57,429 nucleotides of DNA from Catajapyx aquilonaris (Eukaryota), in NCBI GenBank assembly GCA_000934665.2, contig KZ538632.1, positions 1 to 57,429 of the forward strand, given 5' to 3'. Both the position numbers and the translations under genes were made by a program. The notes below the pieces were generated by a model. The model searched no databases. It saw only the letters and a program-made list of their open reading frames with translations, and was not told the origin of the DNA. This document shows, in pieces, positions 1 to 13,290 of the stretch. Within the stretch, counting starts at the first letter, position 1. Every line of letters begins with the position of its first letter.

Positions 1-1434
1 AACGCACGCTCACATTGACAAATGACGGCAACGCATGCAAATGTGAGAGGAATTACCGCATAATTCGTTGGCGATTAATAATTAAACGCGCGAACACGAC
101 TGCATTAAATACTAATCCCGGTCATGATGTAGGGCCAGGAAGCCATTTTCTGGACAAGGCGCGACCAGAGTGGTGATCCGATGGTCACGCCTCGCCTCGG
201 TCTACTCACGCACTATGCCAAAAAATCTACTCTTCACTGTTTATGGCCAGGTCACGCATTGAACGTGGGTTTTAAAAAAACACAGGAACATTTGCGTGAG
301 AAGGTCAGACATTAGAGATTAGACAAAGGCGTTCAGAATTTTTCGAAGAACCGAAGCTGCGCGAGTATGGGTGCGCACTCATTGCACTCGTAAAATATGT
401 GTTGAGCTGACCTCCACGTTGTTTCAACTGCTCTTCTGCCGTGTATATCACTCTATTTAGCCATTTCGCGTCATCCTGGCTTGTTTGTGCCTCTGAATCA
501 TCCGGATTAGCCGGCAGTTTGATAGTTCCAGTACCTTGGCCTGTGCCAGTGCAGTTTCCCACCAACATTACCTTTCAGAAAAACTGGACAACAATTGAGT
601 CGTTGCAGTTGGACAATGACCCAAGTCTGGTCCATACAACAGAAAATGAGGATATCGTATTCGAATTCAGGACATGTTTTCTCCTCTAGTCTCGTCGCAC
701 TTACGCTTCTTCCTTACAAGTGTCTGGTCACAAAATTAGGTCACAGAAGGTCACAACTAAAACGTGGGAAAATTCGAACACATATGGTACACCCAATGTG
801 TAATGAGTGCAATCCCTGGAGGTTGATTGAAAAGGGTAGTTGGAACCGGATCTGGTTTTCCTTTCAACTGCGAGCAGTTGAAAGCGAGATTAGGAGAAAG
901 CTTGATTGATAACAGGACGCATTTTTCTAGTGGGCCAGTAAACACATTAGAGAATAGATTGGCAATTAGTTGGACAGAAGAGGGAAGATTGGGTCAATAT
1001 TTGGACGCAATATTAACGGGGGAGTGGGCCACGCTTGTTTTCGTTTATAAAATGTTTTTTGGGGGGGGAGGTTATTGCGTGTTTTGTAGACAACCTGTGT
1101 CCACCCCCCCCCCCCCCCNCCCCCCCCCACTGTCGATGCCAATAAGCCGTGATTGCAGCAAAAATGGGATGAAAATGTGGAGTTACAAGTTGAATCTATG
1201 ATAATCACAACCAGTCATAATTTAACACGAAGCTATAATAATAAATAATAAATAATGTTCTGATATTTATTAGTTATTGGGCCCCAAGACGCTGAAGGAA
1301 TGATCATAAAATTGAGCGCAAACCTTCATGTTTTACCCAACATTTTCAGTAAATATTTATTGGGACTTTCTGAGAAGGGCACAAAAGTTCCGTTCGATTT
1401 AAATCGACCCTTTTTCTTGTCTTTTCTTCGATAG

Positions 1435-1548
1435 GTCACCAGGGCATTGCGTTCTGCCGAGTCTAGTTTGCGACGGAGACTTCGATTGTCCCCAAGGAGA
1501 AGACGAGGAGACCTGCGTCGCTTTGCAATCCGACAAAGCCACAGTCAG
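1435..1548 (+). CDS. ndl: Internal coding exon with an LDL-receptor class A module (SPGHCVLPSLVCDGDFDCPQGEDEETCVALQSDKATV); penultimate visible exon of a nudel-like protease gene
   Basis: Pyrimidine tract plus AG at 1433-1434, and GT donor at 1549. The 114-nt phase 2-2 exon translates to the LDLa signature C-x5-CDG-x2-DC-x2-GEDE-x2-C. It joins in frame to the exon at 8074. The gene name is tentative. Confidence 0.8.
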
Positions 1549-4331
1549 GTACAGTATAACTGGTCCAAACACACACACACAAAAAGAGTCTTCACGCGTA
1601 TTTTGCTTTCAATCCGGTAGGAAACCGCTGCAAATGGGCTTGCGATTTGTCAATAGGGGGCTTTATGTGGCTGAAGGCGGATTTATATTCAACCGCTAAA
1701 TAACTCGGGTCAATCTAATTTTGTTGCATTCCATACAAGGGTTTATTCACACCCTAAAACCACGTTCTAGGCCTGATTAAATATTTTTGTAACGCTTTCG
1801 ATACAGTATTTAATCGTTACACATATATTATCCGATTCATAAGTAGAGTAATATGTAGTACTGTACCTACATATTTTAAAATAACTGTTAGAAAATGCAC
1901 TTTAAAGTGAGTAGTAAAATTATTTCTATATAAAAATCACCCTACCACGGGGCTATAAAAATAAAAACAAAAACAATTCAATAAAAATTCACGTCAATTC
2001 ATAAATTCACACATTACTGCCATTTGATATCAAATATTTATTATTTTAGAAACGAATTTCCCTGAATAAACAATTAATTGGTGAATGTGCTGCATTTATG
2101 TGGCATTAATTTTAAACAAGTTAGACAACATTTGTGAATCCAGGCTTAAGTTGATATAGCTTGTGCTGAAAAGCAGGGGCTAGTTCCGGTCTCCACTTGT
2201 ATAGCCACCTTTTTAGGGCCAAATCCCAGGTGTAGCATGAGCAAAATGTCACCCGGCTACAACAAGACTGACCAGACATTACATTTTCACATAAAAGAGG
2301 AACGTAGGGAAAAGGGCGGTCACTTTTTTTTTCTCTCTCTTTTCCTATGGTGGATCTGCTGATCCTGTTTTTGCGGCAATTGAGGTCAGTTTTCAATGGA
2401 GCATAATTCATGGTGTTGCAAAGCCGCCCATCTTTTGGCATGTGGTTTTGCGGGGTTGGCTTCCCCAATCGCCTACCCGTTACTCAATTAGTGTTATATA
2501 GAAAGGGGGTGATAGGAAGTGATTTCAGCCTAATTTTACTTGGCCACCGCAGAAAATATATTGAGCAGAAATTTCTTGATTATTGTCATTCACTGTATCT
2601 TTGGATCATTTTTCTCATGTGGACTATAGAAAATTTGCTGTTACTTCAACACAGTATCGTTTTTCCACAAGTGTTCTTATTAGGTGTAGAACTGAAAGGC
2701 ACGTGATGAAGTAGCAGTTTGTGCGCATTTGTGTCAACATATAGCGAAAGTGTGGAAGAAATTGACCTTGCTATATTCAGACAACAACTGGCAAATAATG
2801 TATCGCATGACACGTGCAAACACTCAAGCTGCGGTGTCAAAATAGATGAAAATATCACTTGAATTAATGGCATAACTAAAGATCATTGCAATAACTATTT
2901 TAAATGAGGACGACGCATGTTTATTTTCCCGCTAAGTAAGCTTTCAAATTCAATTCAATGTGATTATTATGCATAGATAACGTCTCTTGCAGCATGTCTT
3001 GTTCTTGTCTAAAATGTGTAGGTCATTATTATCAAAACCAGGCTATCTCATGTCAGTGTGTTAATTTCTGGTTACCGGCATTAACTTAATGCTAAATTCA
3101 TATTTCCAAAGTATGGAACATTTTCACATCCTGGGCAAGGTCACCTGTGTCGTGAAGAAGACTCACTAAATCCGAAATTCCTGTTTTTTGGAGTGTTCCA
3201 CCAGATAATGACATACTCGTACTAAAATAGCGAATAAAATTGAATTGCACATAATATCAAAGTAATTGAGGCGGAAAAGCTTCGCACACTGCATATGCGA
3301 CTATTTTCTAATTAGTTGGATACCTAACTGCTTCAAAGGTTATTAGGCGTGTACTGTGTGTCGTGTACCCTGCAGTGTTTTAGATTATAACAAGCCCTTG
3401 AGGTTTGTAGTTGAGACATACCCAGTTAACACTTATCTCTCCTAGTTTTCCTAGTTCGACTACACCCCGCTAGTTGTCCTAGACATAATTACCCCCAACC
3501 ACCATGAAATTTCCAGGCTACTGTTAATCCCATTTAGGTCCTAGCACCATTTCCGCCACGAACCTGCCACACGACCCAACAAAGAAAAAGGGCTGCAACT
3601 AGGCCTACCCCCGGTCCTCTGATTAGTACCACTTAACACCACTAAACCCCGCCACCTCACACAATGCACAAAATGGCCGTCTCCCCCCATTTGCAACTCC
3701 CTAGGCCCAACTCTCCCATATTCTCCCTCAGGGGGTTGCATTTCCATCCGCGCCAAAATCCGTGCCTTGCAAAATGATCCCCCCCCCCCTCCACATTTCC
3801 CTAAGAGAACCTGGGACCTGGGTTGTTTTAGTACTAATTAAGCATCCTCGGAGATCTCCGGGACTTGCCTCCACCATCCCTGCCTCCACACCCCCCTCTG
3901 AAAACTGCCTTTGTCGTTTGTGGTGTGCAGAGAGGTGGGGATAGTTGTGCCCCCAGGGCGAGTAAGGGTAACCTGGTCTCATCTCACGAGCAAAGAGACA
4001 AGCAGGCAGGCAGAGGGAATAGAATAGTCTTGTGACCCCGGGGCGGTCACGCTTGTGAACTAACGCGGCGCATTGCTCCGCTCCGCCCCAACCGCGCGAG
4101 TAATTATGTTCCGTGTCTATCTGACCGCAAGGAGATGGGGCTAGAGGGGTACTTCAGAGCTGACGGAGAAAGAAAATTGTTGGACATAACCCAACCGGAA
4201 CTGTATGGAAGTAGTGTCAGAGCAGGTCAGATTATTGAGAGGACACACTTCAGACCGGATCGAATTTTTTTGTACTAGAAAAACCATCGATTCGCGTTTT
4301 TCTAGTTTAAAAAATATATATTGTGGATATA

Positions 4332-4893
4332 CAGGGTGTTTATTGTAACTCTGCAAAGACTTTCAGGGGTAATAGAGGGGACCAAGACAAGTATTTTTGA
4401 CATAGGAACCCGTGTCCGGAAACGCCATCTAGAGGGGGTTCATAGACAAGGAACGGGCGCGCTCAGACGCGTCAGGGGAGAGGCGCTAGGCGAGCGGACT
4501 GTTTTGTTGATAGATGGCGCTCGGATAGTAACCAACGATGCGATGTGCCATAACCTGGCAACAGCAGAGCCATCTAGCAACTTAAGTCCGCCTCCTAGGA
4601 GATGCGCGGATAGTCAACAGCGGGTCTTTCGTTGCCAGGTTATGGCATATCGCGTTGTTGTTTACTTACAACGACGCGATACGCCATAACCTGGCAACAA
4701 CTGCGCGCCACCTATCAACAAAACAGTCCGCTCGACTAGCGCCTATCACGTGACGCGTCTGAGCGCACCCGTTCCTTGTCTATGAACCCCCTCTAGATGG
4801 CGTTTCCGGACACGGGTTCCTATGTCAAAAATACTTGTCTTGGTCCCCTCTATTACCCCTGAAAGTCTTTGCAGAGTTACAATAAACACCCTG
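4332..4893. mobile_element. Non-autonomous Tc1/mariner-type MITE, 562 bp
   Basis: 143-bp terminal inverted repeats (4332-4474 and 4751-4893, one mismatch seen) begin CAGGGTG. Imperfect symmetry continues inward. TA on both flanks (4330-4331, 4894-4895). No transposase ORF. Confidence 0.92.
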
Positions 4894-5218
4894 TATAGGG
4901 GAAAGCTATCATAAAACCAGTTTGGTGGTAATTCAGCAGAGATCTGACCTTGCACTTGTTTACATGCGGGTTAATGCAGGAAATCCTGAATTGCTGGCTC
5001 CTTATGAATATTTAAGGCTAAATGGACTTCACCAGGGGATAAAGCAGGAACAATGCTACTTCATATTAATAACTGAAAATGAACAAAATTGAACTTCGTG
5101 GATAATAATAATGTTCAAAATTTCGGAGGTCTACCTGCAGCAGAATTTGAGTTATGGTGAATAAAAAAATGCAAGGACAATTTGGAAAAATTCATGGTTG
5201 AAAACTGTTGTACGGTCT

Positions 5219-5361
<143 letters not shown>

Positions 5362-8073
5362 AAACTAACCATTGATTTTATAGGATGCCAATTGAATTTG
5401 CGATCAAATGGACAATTTATATTTAGAAAAACCGACAGTTTAAAATTATTGCGTACCTGCACTATATAGGTGTGGGCTATGTCACTGAGCGGTATAATTA
5501 CCATCGCACTGTTCAATAACTTCCACCATTGTTATGTCTGAGCACGGTTCATTGGAATCAACAAAATAATCCTAATTCCGACAAATATTTTGACAAAATC
5601 AACCATCCCCAATGAATTTATGACAAACGCTTCCTCATTATGCAAAATAATTAAAATGACAATAGGCCTGTGGTCCACATCCATGTGAAACAGTCACATA
5701 CAAAACCTCCCTCTGGCAAACCGAAACTCATCATTGCATGTGGTAACGTTTTCACATTTCAAAATTTTCTACAAAATTTCCAAAAAATTTGGATTTCTGC
5801 ATTATTATTTCAACAGCTGTACTACAAGGTACTTGCTATCTGATACAATAAGCACTAAATGAACAGCGTTTGAAAACGTAATTCAGCAGCTCTTAATAGT
5901 TTCAAATATCCTCCATAGATCTCCTTCCATTGCCTTTTATAAAAAAAGAGAGGGGCCGGATAACAGCTCGGATGAAGGTTCCAGAATAGCCTCTCATATC
6001 AAAGGAAAAGGGCCGGCGATCTACTAGATTGCGTGGTCTTGTTTCACACTCGAGGTCGCACAATCGATCCAGACAAGACCTCTCCCCCCTCAACATCCCC
6101 CGCCTCTCCCCTCATATTCCCACAGCTGGGAATTAGCAACCTGGCCATTCGCCTACTGAAATAAAACTACGATAGAAAATCGTGCCACCCTATAGATGAC
6201 CTTTCCACGGCCCTCCCAAATTGCGCAACAATGCTACACGCCCGGGTCATAACTACGGAACTGAGATAATAAAGGTGTAAAACAATTACCACGCGTCGTC
6301 AGCTGGCAACAAATAATTGCAAAAAATTGCGACCCTTAAACGGTTGTGGGAGGCGGTGGGAGGGGTCAAATTTTTTTGCATATGTTTTTTAAAAAAAATC
6401 GCGGTCGAGTCACGGCCACCGATACAGCCTTGTCTTACCAGTTTGTGACATTTGCTGAAGAGGTGAAAGCTGCTTTCACTGACCACCGGACACTTCTCTC
6501 TCTCTCTTTTTTTCCATATGGATTAAATGAGTGTTGCCGGAGCGAATGGAACAATGGCCATATTACAAAGTCAATGGTTTGAGGGGGAAGTGGGAGGCTT
6601 CAAGTTGCATTAAAAGCTATGGGCTCGTGATTGCTGCCATTCAATTAGGAATTATGGCCCACGGTTAATCGAAGGGTCAATTGGCCCGTATTCGACTTAC
6701 TTATCGCCGTTCAGCACCAGAGAAGCTGACGGTTTTGAAATTAATGATCGCGTTTGAACATCATCAATCATCTCAGTATTACAAAAATTGTTTAATAGTT
6801 TGGTCGTATTTACATTTTTTTTTTGGGCCCATCTCAGCAGGCAAAGTACTGTACGTAAACATGTTTTCATGAAGCGCGTACTTGGCTCATGGGAAATTCG
6901 CCTTTTTCTAAGAGCCTTAAAATTGCATCTTCTTTGAAAAAAAAACGAGGCCTATTTTCCAAAATTGAATCCACCAATTCGACAGTTTTCCCACCGAATT
7001 CCATTCTGCAGACTGCAACTGCTCGTGCGAGGACACCGTTACTCTTCAGACACTAAAAATGCAAGGTGGCAGTCTTTATTGGTGGTCGATCTGCGGATTT
7101 TACAAGGCCGCAGCTCCTCTAGTTTTACGACTAAGACACAGCGCAACTCCATTTTTAACCCCTTAAAAAAAATGGATGGCAAAGCACGGGCTGGTAGTTA
7201 TCGAGTTGACACAATTTTCCGCTCATGCCACAAACGGATGGAATATCGCAATTAGGAATTAATTACCCGATGAATATTTTCTGGGTATCAGCACACGCTA
7301 TTTTCTTATTTATGTTGCGGAAGTAAACGAGCGTAATTAGCTGGGATCATCAGGTAACATTGTGGCACGCACTTGGTGGCAGAGACAGATGTCATCGGGG
7401 TGTCGGCGCATGAGCGGTGAAGAGTGACGAATGGCGGCCATCAAGGTAGATGGCGGCCCAGATTTCGGTCTGGAGTGGGATTTATTAAGGTGAAAGTGCA
7501 GGCTGACGAACAAGTTACCGGCATTGTGTTGTACATGCAGAGGTATGACAGCATATCACGTGTGTGTTTTGATATCAGGTCGAATCTGACACCGAATCCT
7601 TTTTGCAAATTTGGCCAAGCTTTGGGCAAACTCTGAAAAAATGCCATATACAATTTGCATATAAAGATATAAAAATGCGTGTGGTACAACAAGAAGTGTC
7701 TCTGGCCCTTCTCGTCAGTTACAGCTGGTTGACAGCTCCAATGTTTCTGAATTTTCCAGATAACAAGGCGTAGACCATGTAAAACGTATGTCACCGTCCT
7801 AAATGGGACAACTTTCCTCAAAGGACATCCATTTAATCATTATCTTAAAAGGGAAGATGCAATTATTTCGTCGCTTTCCATTTCAACACCGGCTTATAAA
7901 GCGACATATCAGCACGACATAAAGATGAGTTCAATCTCTTATCGGACTCAATCCTGCATCAACCACGATGCAGTACAAATTTTACAGAATTACTCGTGAC
8001 GTCACGGTCATTAGCGCCAGTACAGCCGTGTTGTGAAACTTGCCACAATCTAACTCATTGTCTCCTTCCTCAG

Positions 8074-8296
8074 GTCATCGGAGAAGAACAATGACGGATA
8101 CATTATGGCCCGAACATACGGCAAATGGCACGTGTATTGCAGCAGCCAATGGGATCCCAGTCTGTCCAGCAGCGTCTGTCGCCATCTTGGATTCAATGTT
8201 GCCAGACAAACGGCGGTTCGCAACGCACCAGACGAACTGCGTCAAAGGGACAACATCAGGAAGGACTGCCAGATGGTATACATCCAGTGCCACTAG
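8074..8296 (+). CDS. ndl: Terminal coding exon with a degenerate SRCR-like domain (GYIMARTYGKWHVYCSSQWDPSLSSSVCRHLGF...DCQMVYIQCH*); C-terminus of a nudel-like protease
   Basis: Acceptor tctccttcctcag| at 8073. Phase is compatible with the 1435-1548 exon (ag|g = Arg). G-x-W-x-x-x-C...W...VC-x-x-LG is the SRCR pattern. Stop at 8294-8296 and AATAAA at 8434-8439. As I recall it, LDLa then SRCR-like then stop is the nudel C-terminal layout, whereas corin and enteropeptidase continue into a protease domain. Confidence 0.75.
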
Positions 8297-9274
8297 TTGT
8301 CTCCATCTCAGGACAGTAGGAAGTGAAGTGGAGTGACATACTGTACTTCTAGCCCGCACAATTCTTATCAGGTGTGCCCTATCAGGCCTGGCTAAACAGG
8401 TCTAGGGCAGACCATAAAGGAGGAAGGCACGCAAATAAAACCGATTGTAGGACTGGACAGTAAAAGAGGCGAGATTCATGAGCGATAGTGTGCGGGCTTC
8501 ACGCTTTGGAGCAAAAATTTTTCAAGCGGAAAACGTCGTGCGGGTCTTCTCTTTTAAAGAAGTAAAAAAAGTAAAAAAAATCAAAGCACCGCATTTTAAA
8601 AGTCGAGGACCAGTCAAATTGCAGTTCAGTTGGCAAATCAACCGCAACTGGATGCTTCAAGCGTTATTGGAGGTCGTGCTCCTTGGGAAAACAGGCTTGC
8701 ATCTTCACACGCTGATGGTCACCACACAATCACAATCAGACCTAACAATTGTATTTATTTTAAATATATATATATATATACATGGACAGTAACAAACTGT
8801 ACTACCAAAAATGTAACCAGGGGAGCTTATTAAAGCAAAATCGGATTGAAATAATGCGTTGCATTAATATACCTCACCTCCCATTCCCCCCCAACGTTAT
8901 GCATGTAATCAACACAACATACATGCATTTGCATAAGTGATGGGCTTGGAGTATTACTTCAATCAACGTAATCTCATATCAATCATGGGGGGCAATCATT
9001 CTTATCCCATATACATTCTTTGGATCAATACTTTAAATTCCATTATCAGTGTAAACATTTGCAGGTCAAAACGTGTAAAAATATACATGAAAACGATGAA
9101 AATACTCTGGTAAAATTACCTCAGCAACACTGGGCATGTAAACAGGTTTAAATAGTCTTTTACAAAGGCACTTGTGGCAAGCTAATAAATTGCATAGTTT
9201 GTGATGAGTGGCAAGGCCGGACGTTAGCTCCACTTCTGTCCATTTTCATTTCTTTTCTTCCATTATGTTTTGCT

Positions 9275-10981
9275 CTAGGGGCAAGAATAATATTGATTTA
9301 TCACCCCGGTATAGGCTACACTCCAGATGGCCACAGGTTCCTGGCTATTAGGATCCGGTACGCTCTGGGTCTCGTCGCTGCCCATTTGTCCCACGGTCAG
9401 AAGAGGGACTGTCACATGCTGACCCTCAGTCCCTGTCACAGTGTAGCTCAACGGGATGTAATGTGGATCAGTGACCACTTGTTGACCAGTATTGGCCAAA
9501 GTCACCTCATGCCCCACTGGATTTCCATGCGTATGATCCAGTAGTGCGACATGAAGTGGTGCAACGGTAGAACCCGGTATCTCTTTGAGCTCGTTCTTGT
9601 TCAAATGTATTTTCATGTGCTCGTTCAGGTTTCCAGATTGACTGAAAGCCTTCGCACATACAGTGCACACGTATGGTCTTTCCCCCGTGTGTATTCGCAT
9701 ATGCTTCTTCAGGCTGTCCTGGTATCTGAAAGTGTTGCTGCACACTTCGCACTGGAATGGTCTCTCCCCTGTGTGCACTCGCTGGTGGATGTTCAGATGA
9801 GTCGAGGACACAAAGGTCTTTCGACACACCCGGCACTGGAAATTGCGGGCAGCCTTGTCCCCCTTGTGACACCTACGCTTGTGCTTGTTCAGAGCACTCT
9901 TGTTACTGAACTTCTTCTCGCACTCGTTGCAATCAAACGGTCGCTCCAACGTGTGCTTCTTCATATGCTGCCTCAACCCATCCGGTCTCACGAACGACTT
10001 GTCACACACCTGGCACTTATTTGGACGCTCGTTCGTGTGTGAACGACGATGGTAAATCAAGCTGCTGCGTCCGGCAAACCGCCTTTGACACACCTCACAC
10101 TCGAACGGTTTGTCCCCAGGTGTCGCATGCTTATGGCTTATGTGCATGTTCAGCTTCTCCTGGTTCGGATATGTGCGATTGCACTTGTCGCACATGAACG
10201 GCCTCTCCGCGCTGTGTATTTTCATATGCCTATTGAGATGATTGCTCTGAACGAACCCCTTACCACACACGCCGCATTGTTTCATCTTCTGCCCCAAATG
10301 CGTCCCTTCAGTATGAAGCTCCAGATTACGACGCGTAGAAAACGCCTTTCCGCACACCTTACACTTGTGTTGTTTCTCATGGGACTTCATGTGCGTCCAG
10401 AGTGCGTGCCGAGTAAAAGCCTTACCGCATACCTCACACACACTCTTCTTCTTGTTATCCAAATGTGTGCTGCGATGGTGATTCAGCCCAGTCTTACCCA
10501 CAAAACCCTTACCGCATATGTCACACTTAAACGGCTTGTCGCCAGTATGCGTACGTAAGTGCTCATCCAGGTACTCCTTACGTCCGTACTGCTTCCCGCA
10601 TACATCGCATGCGTGGTTCTTCTTTCCAGTATGTGCCAGCAAGTGTTTGTTCAATGAGCTTTTCGCAGTAAATGTTGCACCGCATATGTTGCATGCATAA
10701 GGCTTGATTCCGGTGTGTACTCTTATATGCAATTCTAGAGTGCTTGGCTTCGTAAATGCACGGCTGCAGTACATGCAGTACATAAACTTGCCTTCGGGAT
10801 GCACCTGCTTGACATGGTCTTGAAACTCTTTGCGTGGAAACTCTTCACCGCATGTGCTGCATTGCAATCGGATTCCTGGTCTCTTGTTCTTTGACTTTGA
10901 GGACTGCTTGGCGACATCTTGCTTATTGGCTGCATCGTTGTCATCGTCTGATGACAGTATGTAGTCAGGATCGTCGATATC
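9275..10981 (-). CDS. Last coding exon of the triple-BTB zinc-finger gene: acidic/basic linker, 15 C2H2 zinc fingers and a roughly 110-aa tail
   Basis: Acceptor ttcttacctttcattgtag| then phase-0 DIDDPDYILSSDDD..., continuing into the 530-aa ORF. I count 15 C-x2-C-x11/12-H-x3/4-H fingers, many with TGEKP-like linkers (TGIKPY, TGDKPF, TGERPF, TGERPY). Stop TAG at 9277-9275. Confidence 0.93.
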   Translation of the reverse strand, partial: DIDDPDYILSSDDDNDAANKQDVAKQSSKSKNKRPGIRLQCSTCGEEFPRKEFQDHVKQVHPEGKFMYCMYCSRAFTKPSTLELHIRVHTGIKPYACNICGATFTAKSSLNKHLLAHTGKKNHACDVCGKQYGRKEYLDEHLRTHTGDKPFKCDICGKGFVGKTGLNHHRSTHLDNKKKSVCEVCGKAFTRHALWTHMKSHEKQHKCKVCGKAFSTRRNLELHTEGTHLGQKMKQCGVCGKGFVQSNHLNRHMKIHSAERPFMCDKCNRTYPNQEKLNMHISHKHATPGDKPFECEVCQRRFAGRSSLIYHRRSHTNERPNKCQVCDKSFVRPDGLRQHMKKHTLERPFDCNECEKKFSNKSALNKHKRRCHKGDKAARNFQCRVCRKTFVSSTHLNIHQRVHTGERPFQCEVCSNTFRYQDSLKKHMRIHTGERPYVCTVCAKAFSQSGNLNEHMKIHLNKNELKEIPGSTVAPLHVALLDHTHGNPVGHEVTLANTGQQVVTDPHYIPLSYTVTGTEGQHVTVPLLTVGQMGSDETQSVPDPNSQEPVAIWSVAYTGVINQYYSCP

Positions 10982-11162
10982 CTACAATGAAAGGTAAGAA
11001 TTGTTATCATAATAGTGTGTATACCTACAATTTATCAGTTCAAATTATTTACAATGTTGCTTCTGCATAATCCACATGTTGGCAATAAAAGCACAGTGTA
11101 ACATCAGCAAGTTGACAATTTCGATAATCTAAACGTCAACAAACATGCCATACCATAAAAAA

Positions 11163-11253
11163 ACAGGTCATCCCCGCAATAATAATTATTGCGGGGATGA
11201 CCTGTCCCCATGGTGCGTTTCTTTAATTATTAAAGAAACGCACCATGGGGACA
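11163..11253. repeat. Two abutting perfect palindromes (20-bp and 25-bp arms)
   Basis: 11163-11182 is the reverse complement of 11186-11205; 11203-11227 is the reverse complement of 11229-11253. Confidence 0.95.
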
Positions 11254-12279
11254 CTCTATACGCTATAGAAAAACACCGCAAAAATATTTTGCGGTTCCCT
11301 CCAAAACGTTTTCATTTGCCCGAATTTTCTACGTGAACATACTATCACTTCATGCACAAAAACAGCGCGCGAACAAAATCACATGCATCATATCAAATAA
11401 ATCCCCCGTGTTCAGACGCGGCGCGATATTTTCTATCTCCCAACAATCAAAACAACGCAGCAATTTTCACGTTGGCCGCGCGTGAAAGCCGCCGTGATGG
11501 TATTATCGAGGTGTGAAGGGGGGTGCAGACCACCCAAAATGTCGATAAGAGACTGTGATTACAACGTTAAAAAAAAAAAAAAAAGACCAACGTAAAACCA
11601 GCATATTTTTCCAAACTTTTTACACAATTTTTTTTTTTTTTTTTTTTTTTGAAAAGTCACGTCTCGTGTAAACCACGTAACCCTAATTTGATCCATTACG
11701 CAATTCGCTAAAAATTTGGACTAGAATATTACAGGAGATGCCTTCGTGGTGTGGGCTGAAACTTCATGGTAAAAAAGGTGAATACGTGACACCTTCTTGA
11801 GCAGTCATGGTCAGCTGAACTCACGAGTCTACGCAGCAAATCGTCCAGCATGCACTTCGTTGCTCTACCCTCTTATGACGCTGTACATTTCCCGTGAGAA
11901 TTACTCTGAACAAGTTAGACCTTGTAATAGACTTGCCCACTGACTATGTGAAGTCGATAACCGCAAGGTGAAGCCAGGAAATGAACGAAATGTGGCAAAA
12001 AAAAATCGTGAACGTTTTATCTGTAGCTTACTAATTTGCTTCCGTCATGTCGTGCCGCTGAATTTTAGGAAGGAGCAGCCTACGCCATCTATTGCACGGA
12101 ACCAGTGGTGTACCAGACATTAAGTCAGCATTAAGTCTGAAAGTGAACAGTGTTGGACATTAATTCCGTCATACTGCTTGCGACATTTTTTGATGCGGCA
12201 GAAGTGCCAATCGAAGTCTGAGCCGTGTGAGTAAGAAGAAGTAGGCCTTGAGTGACGTCACCAGCTGGGGGGGGGGGGG

Positions 12280-12453
12280 NNNNNNNNNNNNNNNNNNNNN
12301 NNNNNNNNNNNNNNNNNNNNNNNNNNNNNNNNNNNNNNNNNNNNNNNNNNNNNNNNNNNNNNNNNNNNNNNNNNNNNNNNNNNNNNNNNNNNNNNNNNNN
12401 NNNNNNNNNNNNNNNNNNNNNNNNNNNNNNNNNNNNNNNNNNNNNNNNNNNNN
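12280..12453. other. Assembly gap (N run) between poly-G and poly-A
   Basis: Run of N characters. Confidence 0.99.
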
Positions 12454-13153
12454 AAAAAAAAAAAAAAAAGGCTCCAAATTTTTGGAGGAAGGGAGGATCC
12501 CCCGCCTCTCCCCATCTCCCCAGCAACCTCGTCAAGGAAGAGCAAGTTGCCAGAGACTATAGGCCTGGACCATAATAAAACGTGACCATAATTCCCGAAG
12601 GAGGGAGGGCCACAAAACGAGATGATCTGATCGTGAGAGGAAGTAGGTCACCGTTGACCTTTCGTTGGGTGGAGGGGAATGTTTGCAAAAAAAAAGAAAA
12701 AAAATGCGAATCTCCACTGTCAGGTCACGAAGCATCCAGATTGGATAGTTGCACACACTTCCACCTCCAGCAACCCTCGTTATTGCCTGGCAACTGACGG
12801 TCAGTGCCACCTGTCATCAGTCTCGCTACCAGACTTTTTAACGAGATCATGCTATAGGTATCACCAAGTGATAGACACGACTTGTTTTCTCGAGCTTAAA
12901 ACTGCGAAGGAATTTATGGCTTTCGACCACGATTTCAATTTGGATTTTGGCGGGTGATGTGGTATCGTTATTGGCTGACAAAAACCTGGCTTTCCCACCA
13001 AACGGCCAGTCAGCTTTTTGGAGGATGAGTTCCACTTAACAAAGCACGTTTGTGTCGCATATGAATGATGTACCGTCAATACAATGCGGTCCGATTAGTT
13101 TGAAGCTGGGCAAGTATAGGCCATACAATCGCCAGTACAAGTATTCGACACTA

Positions 13154-13290
13154 ACAAATATTCAGGCAAATAATTTTCAGAAAATAATATTCAGCCAATA
13201 ATATATTCTCACAAAATAATATTCAGCTAATAATTTTCACAAAATAATATTCACAAATACTCGTCCAAATAATTTACATATATTCAGCCA
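13154..13290 (+). repeat. Degenerate AT-rich tandem repeat, unit about 13-14 bp (AAATAATATTCAGC / AAATAATTTTCAC)
   Basis: About 8-9 recognisable units. Confidence 0.75.

Noticed and set aside
4321..4955. Two opposite-strand ORFs sharing an identical peptide (YRVFIVTLQRLSG...)
   Set aside because: This follows from the MITE's inverted repeats; there are no transposase motifs.
9293..10700. Several + strand and alternative-frame ORFs of 60-169 aa
   Set aside because: Shadow frames of the zinc-finger exon.
12131..12575. ORFs spanning N runs (also 20235-20770)
   Set aside because: Artefacts of assembly gaps and homopolymers.
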